Shown: positions 55,777-64,000 of the stretch, one piece after another | Layout of the letters: every line of letters begins with the position of its first letter | Numbering within the stretch: the first letter of the stretch is position 1 | From: Shigella phage CT01 | Strand: one strand, 5' to 3' | DNA: 64,000 nucleotides | Sequence record: OK018184 | The notes under the pieces: model-generated | What the model saw: only the letters and a program-made list of their open reading frames with translations | What the model was told of the DNA's origin: nothing | Databases searched by the model: none | Program-made: the position numbers and the translations under genes

Positions 55777-56055
55777 TCATTCGAAATAATCTTCAATTTC
55801 GTAATCATGGACATAAATCATTATAGTTTTTAATACATCATCAATACTTTTTCCTGGAGCTGGAATTACGTAAAAATATCCCTCCTTTGAGTTATCTTTA
55901 TAAGTTCCAATCAAGAAATCATTATTCTCGCGATGTAGTTCTTCAACTAATTCATTAACAATTGAGTGGTATAAATTTGGTAGAAGCTTATATAGCTTTT
56001 CTAGAATATCAATTTTGATTGTATATTGAACCACAGATTGAGAATCAATAATCAT
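55777..56055 (-). CDS. arn: anti-restriction (McrBC inhibitor) Arn-like protein
   Basis: 92 aa, acidic, adjacent to asiA as in T4. Confidence 0.65.
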   Translation of the reverse strand: MIIDSQSVVQYTIKIDILEKLYKLLPNLYHSIVNELVEELHRENNDFLIGTYKDNSKEGYFYVIPAPGKSIDDVLKTIMIYVHDYEIEDYFE

Positions 56056-56138
56056 AGACCTTCCCCTTATGTTTCTGTTTGCGATTAGATTCTTTAAACG
56101 CTTTCTTCTTATCTTTATGGACAGAAGCTTTATTAAAA

Positions 56139-56357
56139 TTATGTTTTGCGACTAAATTGTTCATAGTGCTGAATTACCTCTCTTAAACATTTGCATGTGA
56201 ATGAAAACTTTTTAGCTACACCACATTCAAATATATGTTCTCTTAAATCACGTGTGTCAGTATATCCCATCTCAACAATAAAATGCCGTATTAGATTTTT
56301 ATCTTTATCATTGAGAGAGTTAAAATAATCGGATTTTGAATTAATTTCCCTGGCCAA
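56139..56357 (-). CDS. hypothetical protein
   Basis: 72-aa ORF. Confidence 0.45.
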   Translation of the reverse strand: MAREINSKSDYFNSLNDKDKNLIRHFIVEMGYTDTRDLREHIFECGVAKKFSFTCKCLREVIQHYEQFSRKT

Positions 56358-56637
56358 ATTGAATCACCTTCAGTTGACGTTTTAGTTCTTTTATCATTTC
56401 TTCGTTCATCGCAATATAAAGATCGCGTAAAGCAGGTTTTAACATTCCATTTACTGGAGAACTAAATGGACATACATAATCTTTTCCTACGAGCTTTTTA
56501 GTGAATTCCATATTACAGAACTGAAATGCCGGTTCATTGGCATAAATTCCCCAATTATTTGACATCATTTTATTGGCATATTCTAATGCCTGGATTTGAT
56601 TAGTAATTCCGTCAATTTGAAACTTTTTAATATTCAT
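56341..56637 (-). CDS. hypothetical protein
   Basis: 98-aa ORF. Confidence 0.45.
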   Translation of the reverse strand: MNIKKFQIDGITNQIQALEYANKMMSNNWGIYANEPAFQFCNMEFTKKLVGKDYVCPFSSPVNGMLKPALRDLYIAMNEEMIKELKRQLKVIQFGQGN

Positions 56638-57098
56638 TAGTAAAGGTCCTCAGAGTAAAGTTCTTTTTCACTACCACCGCGTTCAATACGTACTTGTCCA
56701 GCGTAAGTTGCAATAATCATTGCTTCTTCACGTGTCCAGTAATTGCTATACTGGTCAATAAACCCTTGGTCATCATCACAAACTTGCTGAGTAACTAATT
56801 GAGGTTTAACTATATCTAAAACTGTTGCCATATCTTTAGAATAATGACGAACGCCTGGAATAACAAGAGTTCGTCCATCTTTTAATTTAAAACGGTTGGC
56901 TGCGCAAACAATCCGTCGTTGGTACTTTTGGTTTTCATCCCAGTATGCAGACTGCCAACAGATTTCAGGAACTTCTGCAAGAATATCTTCTTCTGTACAT
57001 TTATAACCATGTGCTTTAAATTTTTGAACAAGACTTTCTGGAGTCTCACGAGATAAAGGAACATTCAGCATTTTTAAACGATTAATAAATGGATTCAT
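56637..57098 (-). CDS. hypothetical protein
   Basis: 153-aa ORF. Confidence 0.5.
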   Translation of the reverse strand: MNPFINRLKMLNVPLSRETPESLVQKFKAHGYKCTEEDILAEVPEICWQSAYWDENQKYQRRIVCAANRFKLKDGRTLVIPGVRHYSKDMATVLDIVKPQLVTQQVCDDDQGFIDQYSNYWTREEAMIIATYAGQVRIERGGSEKELYSEDLY

Positions 57099-57439
57099 TT
57101 AAACCATCCTTTAATACGCTGCCACAAAGTTTTCTGTTGAGCTTTGTTAACACCAATTGAGCGAATAACTGGTTGAGATTCCTGGAATTCTTTATAATCA
57201 GCAAGGTAAATTTCGTAAGCTGAATCTGTAAAGGAACTTATCGCTGCCATGAAGTTTTTACGTACACCACCAGGAGCTACTCCGTTAGGTAATTCAGAAT
57301 TTTCACGAATAATTAAATATAACCCAGCTCTAACCTTAACAATAGTTCCAAGATAAGCTCCATGGTACCAGATATCCCACCCCTCTTGAGTGGGTTCTGC
57401 ACAACGACGAAGTTCATTGATAATTTCTAACTTGTTCAT
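57095..57439 (-). CDS. hypothetical protein
   Basis: 114-aa ORF. Confidence 0.5.
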   Translation of the reverse strand: MNKLEIINELRRCAEPTQEGWDIWYHGAYLGTIVKVRAGLYLIIRENSELPNGVAPGGVRKNFMAAISSFTDSAYEIYLADYKEFQESQPVIRSIGVNKAQQKTLWQRIKGWFK

Positions 57440-57449
57440 TATTTATTCC

Positions 57450-58085
57450 TCACAGTTCAGATGCTACGGTGATTACAGCTTCAATGTTTTCTGCTGAGCG
57501 TTTAATGTCAAGATACACATTACCGTTTTTAGCGATTTTACATGACATTCCGATATCAATAAATTTCTGAATATGATGTTCCATCATTTTGTATCCAAAA
57601 ATTCGCATATTTCCATTGTTGTTAATTTCAAAATTACGAATTCCGTGAGTGCGTTTTTCTAAAATAGCGAGATAGTTACTACGATAAGTTTCAACCTTTT
57701 TAAGAACAAATCCATTTTCATCTAAAAGTTTTAACATGAAGTCTTTATCTTCTTCCATATCAGAAGTAATTTCGCGAGCTTTACGAGTTGCTCGTTTTTT
57801 CAGTAGTTCCGGAGCATTTTCCTGTGCGTATAAAGTTGCTGCATTTGAAATAATATCCTGAGCTTCACCAGTAATGATTAATCCATCACCAGATTTCTCC
57901 ACCAGGCCTTTTTTAATCAATACCCCAATATTACTATTAACTACTGCATTACCTAAATCTGGATGCACCTCACGAACTTCTGCAGCTGTAATGAAATCTT
58001 TCTTAGCAATGGTAATTAAAATCGCAGCAGTTTTTTCATTCAGAACATCGTTAGAAGCTTTGATGATGTAAGTTACTTTAGACAT
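57450..58085 (-). CDS. motA: middle transcription activator MotA
   Basis: 211 aa, same length as T4 MotA, with an early promoter block immediately upstream. Confidence 0.85.
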   Translation of the reverse strand: MSKVTYIIKASNDVLNEKTAAILITIAKKDFITAAEVREVHPDLGNAVVNSNIGVLIKKGLVEKSGDGLIITGEAQDIISNAATLYAQENAPELLKKRATRKAREITSDMEEDKDFMLKLLDENGFVLKKVETYRSNYLAILEKRTHGIRNFEINNNGNMRIFGYKMMEHHIQKFIDIGMSCKIAKNGNVYLDIKRSAENIEAVITVASEL

Positions 58086-58126
58086 TTTCTAATCTCCGTA
58101 ATTCTGTATCAGTAGTTGATAGTTGT

Positions 58127-58156
58127 ATAGTACCACAGTATGCTTTGGTTGTAAAC
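58127..58156 (-). promoter_or_regulatory. conserved early promoter block upstream of motA (-35 GTTTAC, 17-bp spacer, -10 TACTAT)
   Basis: Minus-strand ttttcacaaaacGGTTTACaaccaaagcatactgtggTACTATacaactatc. Confidence 0.5.
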
Positions 58157-58185
58157 CGTTTTGTGAAAAAATTTTAAAATAAAAA

Positions 58186-58205
58186 GGGAGAGCCTCGGCT
58201 CTCCC
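58186..58205 (-). terminator. hairpin gggagagcc-tcg-gctctccc with T-run
   Basis: Perfect 8-9 bp stem preceded by aaaataaaaa on the plus strand. Confidence 0.55.
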
Positions 58206-58210
58206 TAAAA

Positions 58211-58360
58211 TTACTGCATGACTGTGATAACTGTCATGATAACACGTTGAATGCCGAACGCAAGAAGACCTCCTGCTACGGCTGGAACAACACCTAAACC
58301 CGCCAGTAAAATGCTACCAGATACTAATGCCGCGCTTGTAATACCTATGAATGGACTCAT
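58211..58360 (-). CDS. small hydrophobic membrane protein (49 aa), not in the supplied track
   Basis: ATGA overlap with the gene 52 stop; MSPFIGITSAALVSGSILLAGLGVVPAVAGGLLAFGIQRVIM... Confidence 0.4.
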   Translation of the reverse strand: MSPFIGITSAALVSGSILLAGLGVVPAVAGGLLAFGIQRVIMTVITVMQ

Positions 58361-59685
58361 TTGATTTCCTCTAAATCTTTAGTGTATTCGGTAACTACAT
58401 CAGTAGTTTTCCAATATTCGTTTTCTTCTTTCTTAGCTTTAGCTTCTTCAGCAAGTTTCTTTGCTTCGTCGGAAGTCATATGAAAAATATTCATTCCAAC
58501 TAGTTTATCAACATAAGAAGAATACATATCAATTTTAGAAAGTTCTTCAGTCAGTTCTTTGCGAGTTTTACCTTGTACAACAATTTCACCTGAAATCACT
58601 TTCTTAATGAAATGTGCCTTGGCAAAGGCTAAACGAAATGCTGATTCAGTTTCTTTGATTTTGTTATCAATTCGTTTTTGGACATAAGTTTTACGAACTT
58701 CAACGAAGTCTTTAATTAAATCAACTACGTTATCGTAAACTTGTAGTTTTCCTTTCTCGTTGATGACTGTAATATTCTGGGAACGACGCTCAATCAACCC
58801 AAAGTCTTTCATAATTTTTGCATGGCGTTCTTCTTCGTTATCGCTCAAAGAATATTCTTTGCGGAATTTAACTTTAAAGCCAAAACCATGCTCACCGCAA
58901 GCATCATCCCATGTAATGAAGCCTTTATCTTCAAGCGGGTCTAAGATTTTACTCACGTAAGTTTCACGATCATACTTATACGGAATCTCAGTGATATTCA
59001 TTTGAGTTCGTGAAGTAAACTTGTACGTTCCACGAATTTCATATTGACCGTCAATTTCAACGACTTCACCACGAAATTCTGGGAATTCTACCTTCGGTTT
59101 AGTTACTTTCTTTCCTTGAAGAGCTTGTAGTACAGCTTTCTTGACAGAAGAAACGCTATGAGGAAGAATGTAAGTTGCATAACCAGTTGCAATACCGGAA
59201 ACACCATTAAGAAGAACGGTAGGAATAATAGGCAAATAGAAAGCAGGCGGAATGTGTTCTTTATCTTGATGTACCGGAGCATATTCAGTATCTTTATATA
59301 CGCTATAGAAATTTTTACTTACACGAGCAAAAATATAACGACTTGCCGCTGCTTTTTGAACGGTACGAGAACCAAAGTTTCCTTGACCATCTAACAAAGG
59401 AAAGTTATTATTCCAAGTGTTAGCCATCAAAGCCCCCGCATCTTGTGCAGAGTTTTCACCATGATGATATCCAAGGTCAGCTACACCACCTGCAATAGAA
59501 GCAAGTTTGTGAAACTTATCTTTATTTCCTCGCGCCAAATCAAGAGCTCGAGCAATAACAAATCGTTGAACTGGCTTAAATCCATCAATCATATTTGGAA
59601 TAGCACGATTTTCAACCGTGTACATAGCATAAGCCAGTGCTTCATTATCAATGATACTTTTTAAATCGCGATTATTCAGTTGCAT
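58357..59685 (-). CDS. 52: DNA topoisomerase II medium subunit gp52
   Basis: 442 aa, MQLNNRDLKSIIDNEALAYAMYTVENRAIPNMIDGFKPVQRF (GyrA-like, active-site Tyr region). Confidence 0.9.
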   Translation of the reverse strand: MQLNNRDLKSIIDNEALAYAMYTVENRAIPNMIDGFKPVQRFVIARALDLARGNKDKFHKLASIAGGVADLGYHHGENSAQDAGALMANTWNNNFPLLDGQGNFGSRTVQKAAASRYIFARVSKNFYSVYKDTEYAPVHQDKEHIPPAFYLPIIPTVLLNGVSGIATGYATYILPHSVSSVKKAVLQALQGKKVTKPKVEFPEFRGEVVEIDGQYEIRGTYKFTSRTQMNITEIPYKYDRETYVSKILDPLEDKGFITWDDACGEHGFGFKVKFRKEYSLSDNEEERHAKIMKDFGLIERRSQNITVINEKGKLQVYDNVVDLIKDFVEVRKTYVQKRIDNKIKETESAFRLAFAKAHFIKKVISGEIVVQGKTRKELTEELSKIDMYSSYVDKLVGMNIFHMTSDEAKKLAEEAKAKKEENEYWKTTDVVTEYTKDLEEIK

Positions 59686-59822
59686 AAATTTACCATACTA
59701 GTGAATGTAGTGCCATAATAACATCAGAAATGAAAAGCACGACTTGAATTAATCCGAACATTACTCCATAATATAGCGCTACCAATAAAGTAGCAAGGGC
59801 TACCGAGTAGCCCAAGATTTTC

Positions 59823-59981
59823 TTAATCATTAGTAGATAACAACACAAATGTTAAATATGCACACATACCCTGGGCTAAAGCTTGTGAAAACACACTGCT
59901 AGCATCAATACAGATAGTTAAAACACATGCTACTATCCAACAAATAAATGAAATAACTCCTAATAATTTTGCGATATTCAT
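59823..59981 (-). CDS. small membrane protein, possibly Ac (acriflavine sensitivity)
   Basis: 52-aa hydrophobic ORF MNIAKLLGVISFICWIVACVLTICIDASSVF...; not in the supplied track. Confidence 0.35.
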   Translation of the reverse strand: MNIAKLLGVISFICWIVACVLTICIDASSVFSQALAQGMCAYLTFVLLSTND

Positions 59982-60068
59982 ATTTTCCTCACTGGCGTCC
60001 GAAGACGCCTTTAGTTTTAAGATTGTTACGATAGAACTGCATTACATGTTCGTTATGGAAATTACTCA

Positions 60069-60524
60069 TTAGTATGCCTGCAAAACAAATTTAAAGTTAT
60101 CAGCCAACATACGATTCATTTCTTCAAGCGTTTGATACTCAGAATGATGATTACGAGTAAACGCTAAAGCTAACTGACCTTTTCCAAATCCCGTCGTCAG
60201 AGGTTTCATCTTAGAAGCAGATAGATAAAATACCGTGTATGGAACATTGTTATTTGCAATAGTACGCGCAAGCTGAGATCGACGCTGGCGAATATGACTT
60301 AGAACTGCACTGAACCCTTGCTTAGAACGCTGATTACCTACATAAAATCGTGCAGATACACACGGACTATCAAATGGACCACCAAATTTGCTCACTAAAA
60401 AGTAAAATCCAGGGTTAGACAAAATGTCTTTATGTGGAGTTCCAAAAACCCATTCACCGCCCTTGATTGTACCAATAACAGTTGCGCCTGCATTATTCAA
60501 ATCAGTAACAGTCATATATTTCAT
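60069..60524 (-). CDS. ndd: nucleoid disruption protein Ndd
   Basis: 151 aa, same length and context as T4 Ndd. Confidence 0.8.
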
Positions 60525-60583
60525 GTTATTTTCCTCTAATTATTTTCTACTCCAAGGCCGCATGAATACACACGGCCGATAAA

Positions 60584-60799
60584 TTAATCGTCGCAGTCGA
60601 CGCTCAATTCCCAGAACTCTTCTACAGTATAAGTTTCAGTATCATTTTCAATACAGAAACGTTCATTACTGTTATTTGCTAAAGTAGCGTTAACTGTCAT
60701 TTTCTCGCTAGTGCTTTTAAGAGGTGAAATACGAATTAACTGATCACCATTATCTAAACAGAAAATTTCACCGACCTTTACATCTTTAAAAATTTTCAT
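60584..60799 (-). CDS. hypothetical protein
   Basis: 71-aa ORF. Confidence 0.45.
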   Translation of the reverse strand: MKIFKDVKVGEIFCLDNGDQLIRISPLKSTSEKMTVNATLANNSNERFCIENDTETYTVEEFWELSVDCDD

Positions 60800-60914
60800 A
60801 ATTCACCTCAAGGAGTATAAAATCCAAACGCAGTTGTTGACCATCCCATCCAGTATGGGAAATTTGCACCAATGTAAAACATAAGAATATAAAACCAACC
60901 ACTCAGCAAATTCA

Positions 60915-61133
60915 TCATTTTACACCATTCCAAATTGTTTCAACCACAGATTTTAAGCCATTTTGATGAATGTCCATTCCGACAACTGCCATCAAATAAA
61001 TTCCAACTACAACTGAACCCAAGGCGAAAATCAACATGAAAATGAATAAAGCTGGAAAAATATTATCGAAAAACCATTCAATAAATGTAAAAGCACTGCG
61101 TTTACGCTTCATATTTTCCTCACATAAATCCAA
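60915..61133 (-). CDS. small membrane protein
   Basis: 72-aa ORF with a hydrophobic core. Confidence 0.45.
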   Translation of the reverse strand: MDLCEENMKRKRSAFTFIEWFFDNIFPALFIFMLIFALGSVVVGIYLMAVVGMDIHQNGLKSVVETIWNGVK

Positions 61134-61329
61134 AGTAAGCGTTTAATACATCAATCATTAAAACGATTGGGAATATACTCAAAACTACTAGTATTATAAC
61201 TACATTCCATATAGCTTTAACAATCTTTTTCATTTTCTGTTCCTCCGTAGTTGATAGGGTAATAATACCACAGAGGAACAGTCTTGTAAACAACTTTTTA
61301 AAAATATTCGTAATAAATGTGAATGCCAA
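61120..61329 (-). CDS. small membrane protein; real start probably the internal Met at 61233 (37 aa)
   Basis: An early-promoter block at 61262-61290 lies inside the long ORF; ggagg SD precedes the internal ATG. Confidence 0.4.
   Translation of the reverse strand: MAFTFITNIFKKLFTRLFLCGIITLSTTEEQKMKKIVKAIWNVVIILVVLSIFPIVLMIDVLNAYFGFM
61262..61290 (-). promoter_or_regulatory. early promoter block (-35 GTTTAC, 17-bp spacer, -10 TATTAT)
   Basis: Minus-strand GTTTACaagactgttcctctgtggTATTAT. Confidence 0.4.
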
Positions 61330-61475
61330 TCACTACTGCCGAAACTTGCGCAACCCACCACGCACAAGCAATAAGTACAGAATTAAAAATTTTCATAATA
61401 ACCTCATCACAAAAGTAAATGTTAAACAAATTAATGGAATACTAATTAACCAAATAAAACACCACCACAATGAAC

Positions 61476-61751
61476 TCATAGTTCAATCTCAGCGATTTTC
61501 ATTTCATTACTATTAATAGCCGCTTTAAGACTATCTGAAAGAATTACATCCCAGTGGTCATTCATATGACCATTAACTAAACGTGTAATTTCTTCGGGAG
61601 TTGAAAAATAAGGCGTATCAGACTCCCAATGCGATAGTCCCAAGCGAGTATAAATCATACCTTCATCATCGCTAGAATATTCAACTGACACAAACTCATC
61701 AGTTATTTTATGTTTAGCGTAATAAAATTTAAATTTCATTTTATTCTCCAA
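61476..61751 (-). CDS. hypothetical protein
   Basis: 91-aa ORF with a promoter block upstream. Confidence 0.5.
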   Translation of the reverse strand: MENKMKFKFYYAKHKITDEFVSVEYSSDDEGMIYTRLGLSHWESDTPYFSTPEEITRLVNGHMNDHWDVILSDSLKAAINSNEMKIAEIEL

Positions 61752-61773
61752 ATCTGTATCAGTTGATAGTTGT

Positions 61774-61803
61774 ATAGTACCACAGTCCTTGTGGTATGTA
61801 AAC
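61774..61803 (-). promoter_or_regulatory. conserved early promoter block (-35 GTTTAC, 18-bp spacer, -10 TACTAT)
   Basis: Minus-strand tttcacaaaacaGTTTACataccacaaggactgtggTACTATacaactatc. Confidence 0.45.
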
Positions 61804-61820
61804 TGTTTTGTGAAAATTTT

Positions 61821-62378
61821 TTAAATGGAAAGATACCATCCGTTGTAGTTGCTTTTTCTTACAACCTTACGAAGGTCTTCTCTATCACCGACGAACTTCG
61901 GAGTGTACTGGATGACACCTGGATGAATTTCTTTAGTGTTGAATATAATTATACAGTCAGCGACTTGATGATTCAGAATGGGCCCTAGATTTATTCCAGA
62001 ACCGTATGGATACTCTCCGCTGCATCCGGTTGTTACAGAAATCCAACGTGAGTCAGTTTGGTGTGTCTTAACTTCTACGCGAATCCCGCAGTATCTTGGA
62101 TGCGCCAATACATCCCATGCGTATGTATACGGGTCATTAACATCCTCTTGGCCTTTGTTAACATACCCGCTTAGCCAATCTGCTACAAAAAACTCTGCGT
62201 ACACCGCGATACGGCATCTTTCGATAACTTCTGCTTTATCCTGATTTGGATTTTGTTTTAAAGAGTATCTTGCTGTATCAGCAATTTTGACCTTCATTTC
62301 ACTAGTCAAGTCACTGTTCGATAGGGTAAATGTCGGAATCTGAAATAGTCTCTGTAAACCCGGATTCGTTTTCTGCAT
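61821..62378 (-). CDS. denB: endonuclease IV (DenB)-like protein
   Basis: 185 aa, T4 denB length and position between ndd and rIIB; identity by synteny and length only. Confidence 0.6.
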   Translation of the reverse strand: MQKTNPGLQRLFQIPTFTLSNSDLTSEMKVKIADTARYSLKQNPNQDKAEVIERCRIAVYAEFFVADWLSGYVNKGQEDVNDPYTYAWDVLAHPRYCGIRVEVKTHQTDSRWISVTTGCSGEYPYGSGINLGPILNHQVADCIIIFNTKEIHPGVIQYTPKFVGDREDLRKVVRKSNYNGWYLSI

Positions 62379-62719
62379 TAAACTTTCCTTTTACGTCGGA
62401 ATCACTGATATTCATACAATAAATCATAACTTCCCTTAAAACAAAAGGGCCGAAGCCCCTTATTTTATTTGAATTGTGCAATTCTTTTCTCTATCTTGCT
62501 GTATCAGCAATTTTGACCTTCATTTCACTAGTCAAGTCACTGTTCGATAGGGTAAATGTCGGAATCTGAAATAGTCTCTGTAAACCCGGATTCGTTTTCT
62601 GCATTAAACTTTCCTTTTACGTCGGAATCACTGATATTCATACAATAAATCATAACTTCCCTTAAAACAAAAGGGCCGAAGCCCCTTATTTTATTTGAAT
62701 TGTGCAATTCTTTTCTCTA
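62266..62719. repeat. perfect 226-bp tandem duplication (2 copies) spanning the denB 5' end, its upstream region with terminator, and the 3' end of the 64-aa gene
   Basis: 62266-62491 is identical to 62492-62717; boundaries ambiguous by 2 bp. Confidence 0.9.
62446..62468 (-). terminator. hairpin gggc-cgaa-gccc plus T-run; further copies at 62672-62694 and 62903-62925
   Basis: aaaagggccgaagccccttattttatttgaattg occurs three times. Confidence 0.5.
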
Positions 62720-62885
62720 AACAATCTGCGTAAGATTTCATTGAGATAAACTGCGAAAGTAGTAATTCTTGCTCGACTTCATTAATCGTTAGAAACTTTG
62801 TGCTTTCTAAAAATTTGCTCAGTGCATTAATTTTGAGCATTAATTGATCGTATTCTTCTTTTACTCGTGCTTGATAACCTAACAT
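62691..62885 (-). CDS. hypothetical protein
   Basis: 64-aa ORF ending in QFK followed by the shared terminator. Confidence 0.5.
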   Translation of the reverse strand: MLGYQARVKEEYDQLMLKINALSKFLESTKFLTINEVEQELLLSQFISMKSYADCLEKRIAQFK

Positions 62886-62919
62886 AATTTTCCTTAGTTA
62901 AGGGCCGAAGCCCCTTATT

Positions 62920-63858
62920 TTATTTGAATTGTTCAGTAACGTCTTCAACTACTTCGTATTGACAGGTACGCATTTTAGCATCGTTGTAATCAATCGGAAT
63001 TGATACTACATCGCGAGGATGTACTTTAACTTTTACAACTCGGCTAGTTGAACTGCCAAAGTGACGAATATAAGATTTAGAACACACATGCAGACCACGA
63101 GAACAAGTTTGTGTATCATCGTCATTCACACGAGTACGTGGCATTTTAACTACTTTGCCAGGACTGTTATCAAAAGTATTTGAATGACAGTCAAAGTAAT
63201 TACTGCGAACTACTTTCCAAGCATAGAAGTAACCGTCTTCTGTAATTTCAATATCGTTTGCTACCAAGAAATCAAAGAGTCGAGATACCGCTTTTTGGCT
63301 CGGGTTTTCCAACAGATTTTCCAAGAACGGAAAATAAAATTCAAAGTTTTCGCCTTTTTCCATCGAATCGAGAATACGATCAACTAAACCAGACCGCAAT
63401 TCAATATTTTGATAGAACAAGCTTCCACCTTCAATTCGAACATCACCGGAAATATATTTTTCAACAGCGCGACGAACGTTAATTTTTTGCGCTGCTTCTT
63501 CCAATTTATCTGCAACAAGCAGATTAAGAATTTCCTGGAAGTTTGAATGAGTATTAGGAGTTGCGTTATAAGTTACACCGTCAACAGTAATTGAAATGAA
63601 TTTTTTAGATGCATTCCAAATAATGTCAGATTTAGCAACTGGAGCAATAGCTACATCACTCTTAACTTCAACTGTAATGTCACCGCTAATGGTAACTTTG
63701 GAGCGCTCAGCTTCTTCAGCATTTTTCAAAACACGACGGATTGTGTCCACCGATACACCTTGCCAATCAGCCAATTCCTGTTGGGTATAATTACCGCTTG
63801 AATACAATTTAACAATTTCAGCTTGTTCGTTTTTGGTCAGGCATTTAATATTGTACAT
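62920..63858 (-). CDS. rIIB: rIIB
   Basis: 312 aa, MYNIKCLTKNEQAEIVKLYSSGNYTQQELADWQGVSVDTIRRVLK matches recalled T4 rIIB. Confidence 0.9.
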   Translation of the reverse strand: MYNIKCLTKNEQAEIVKLYSSGNYTQQELADWQGVSVDTIRRVLKNAEEAERSKVTISGDITVEVKSDVAIAPVAKSDIIWNASKKFISITVDGVTYNATPNTHSNFQEILNLLVADKLEEAAQKINVRRAVEKYISGDVRIEGGSLFYQNIELRSGLVDRILDSMEKGENFEFYFPFLENLLENPSQKAVSRLFDFLVANDIEITEDGYFYAWKVVRSNYFDCHSNTFDNSPGKVVKMPRTRVNDDDTQTCSRGLHVCSKSYIRHFGSSTSRVVKVKVHPRDVVSIPIDYNDAKMRTCQYEVVEDVTEQFK

Positions 63859-64000
63859 AATTTTCCTTATTAGGCCGCAAGGGCCTTCATAGTTTTAGCG
63901 ATTTGGGAAACTTCATCATCACTTAAAGAATTGGGGTTGTATGTTTTATATCTATGCTCAAACTGATACGAAGGAAGAAGCTAAAAAGAAAGCTCTAGAA

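Overview
This window is a T4-like (Tevenvirinae) myovirus genome segment running from the 3' part of capsid vertex gene 24 to rIIB, with gene order and near-identical proteins matching the T4 map. It covers rnlB-hoc-inh, uvsW/uvsY, the baseplate hub/wedge block (25,26,51,27,28,29,48,54), two tandem Alt-family ADP-ribosyltransferases, DNA ligase, the 30.x/rIII/31/cd/pseT/alc small-ORF region, rnlA-denA-nrdB-nrdA-td-frd, 32-59-33-dsbA-rnh, long tail fibre genes 34-38 with a T2-type glycine-rich gp38 adhesin, holin t, asiA-arn-motA, gene 52, ndd, denB and rIIB. td and nrdB are intron-less and mobE is a truncated remnant. I did not find a clearly novel defence or anti-defence system. The most striking signal is structural: several perfect duplications and one translocation-like event that break otherwise conserved genes. 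nrdA is split by an 859-bp insert of gene 37 sequence flanked by 148-bp direct repeats, and gene 37 itself carries a 344-bp frameshifting deletion of part of that same segment. A 538-bp direct repeat with a 63-bp spacer sits at the 32/59 junction, and exact tandem duplications of 93 bp, 42 bp and 226 bp lie in 30.2, gene 36 and the denB start. These point to recent illegitimate recombination, engineering or misassembly. All calls are by eye from the six-frame track and recalled T4 protein sequences; no searches were run.
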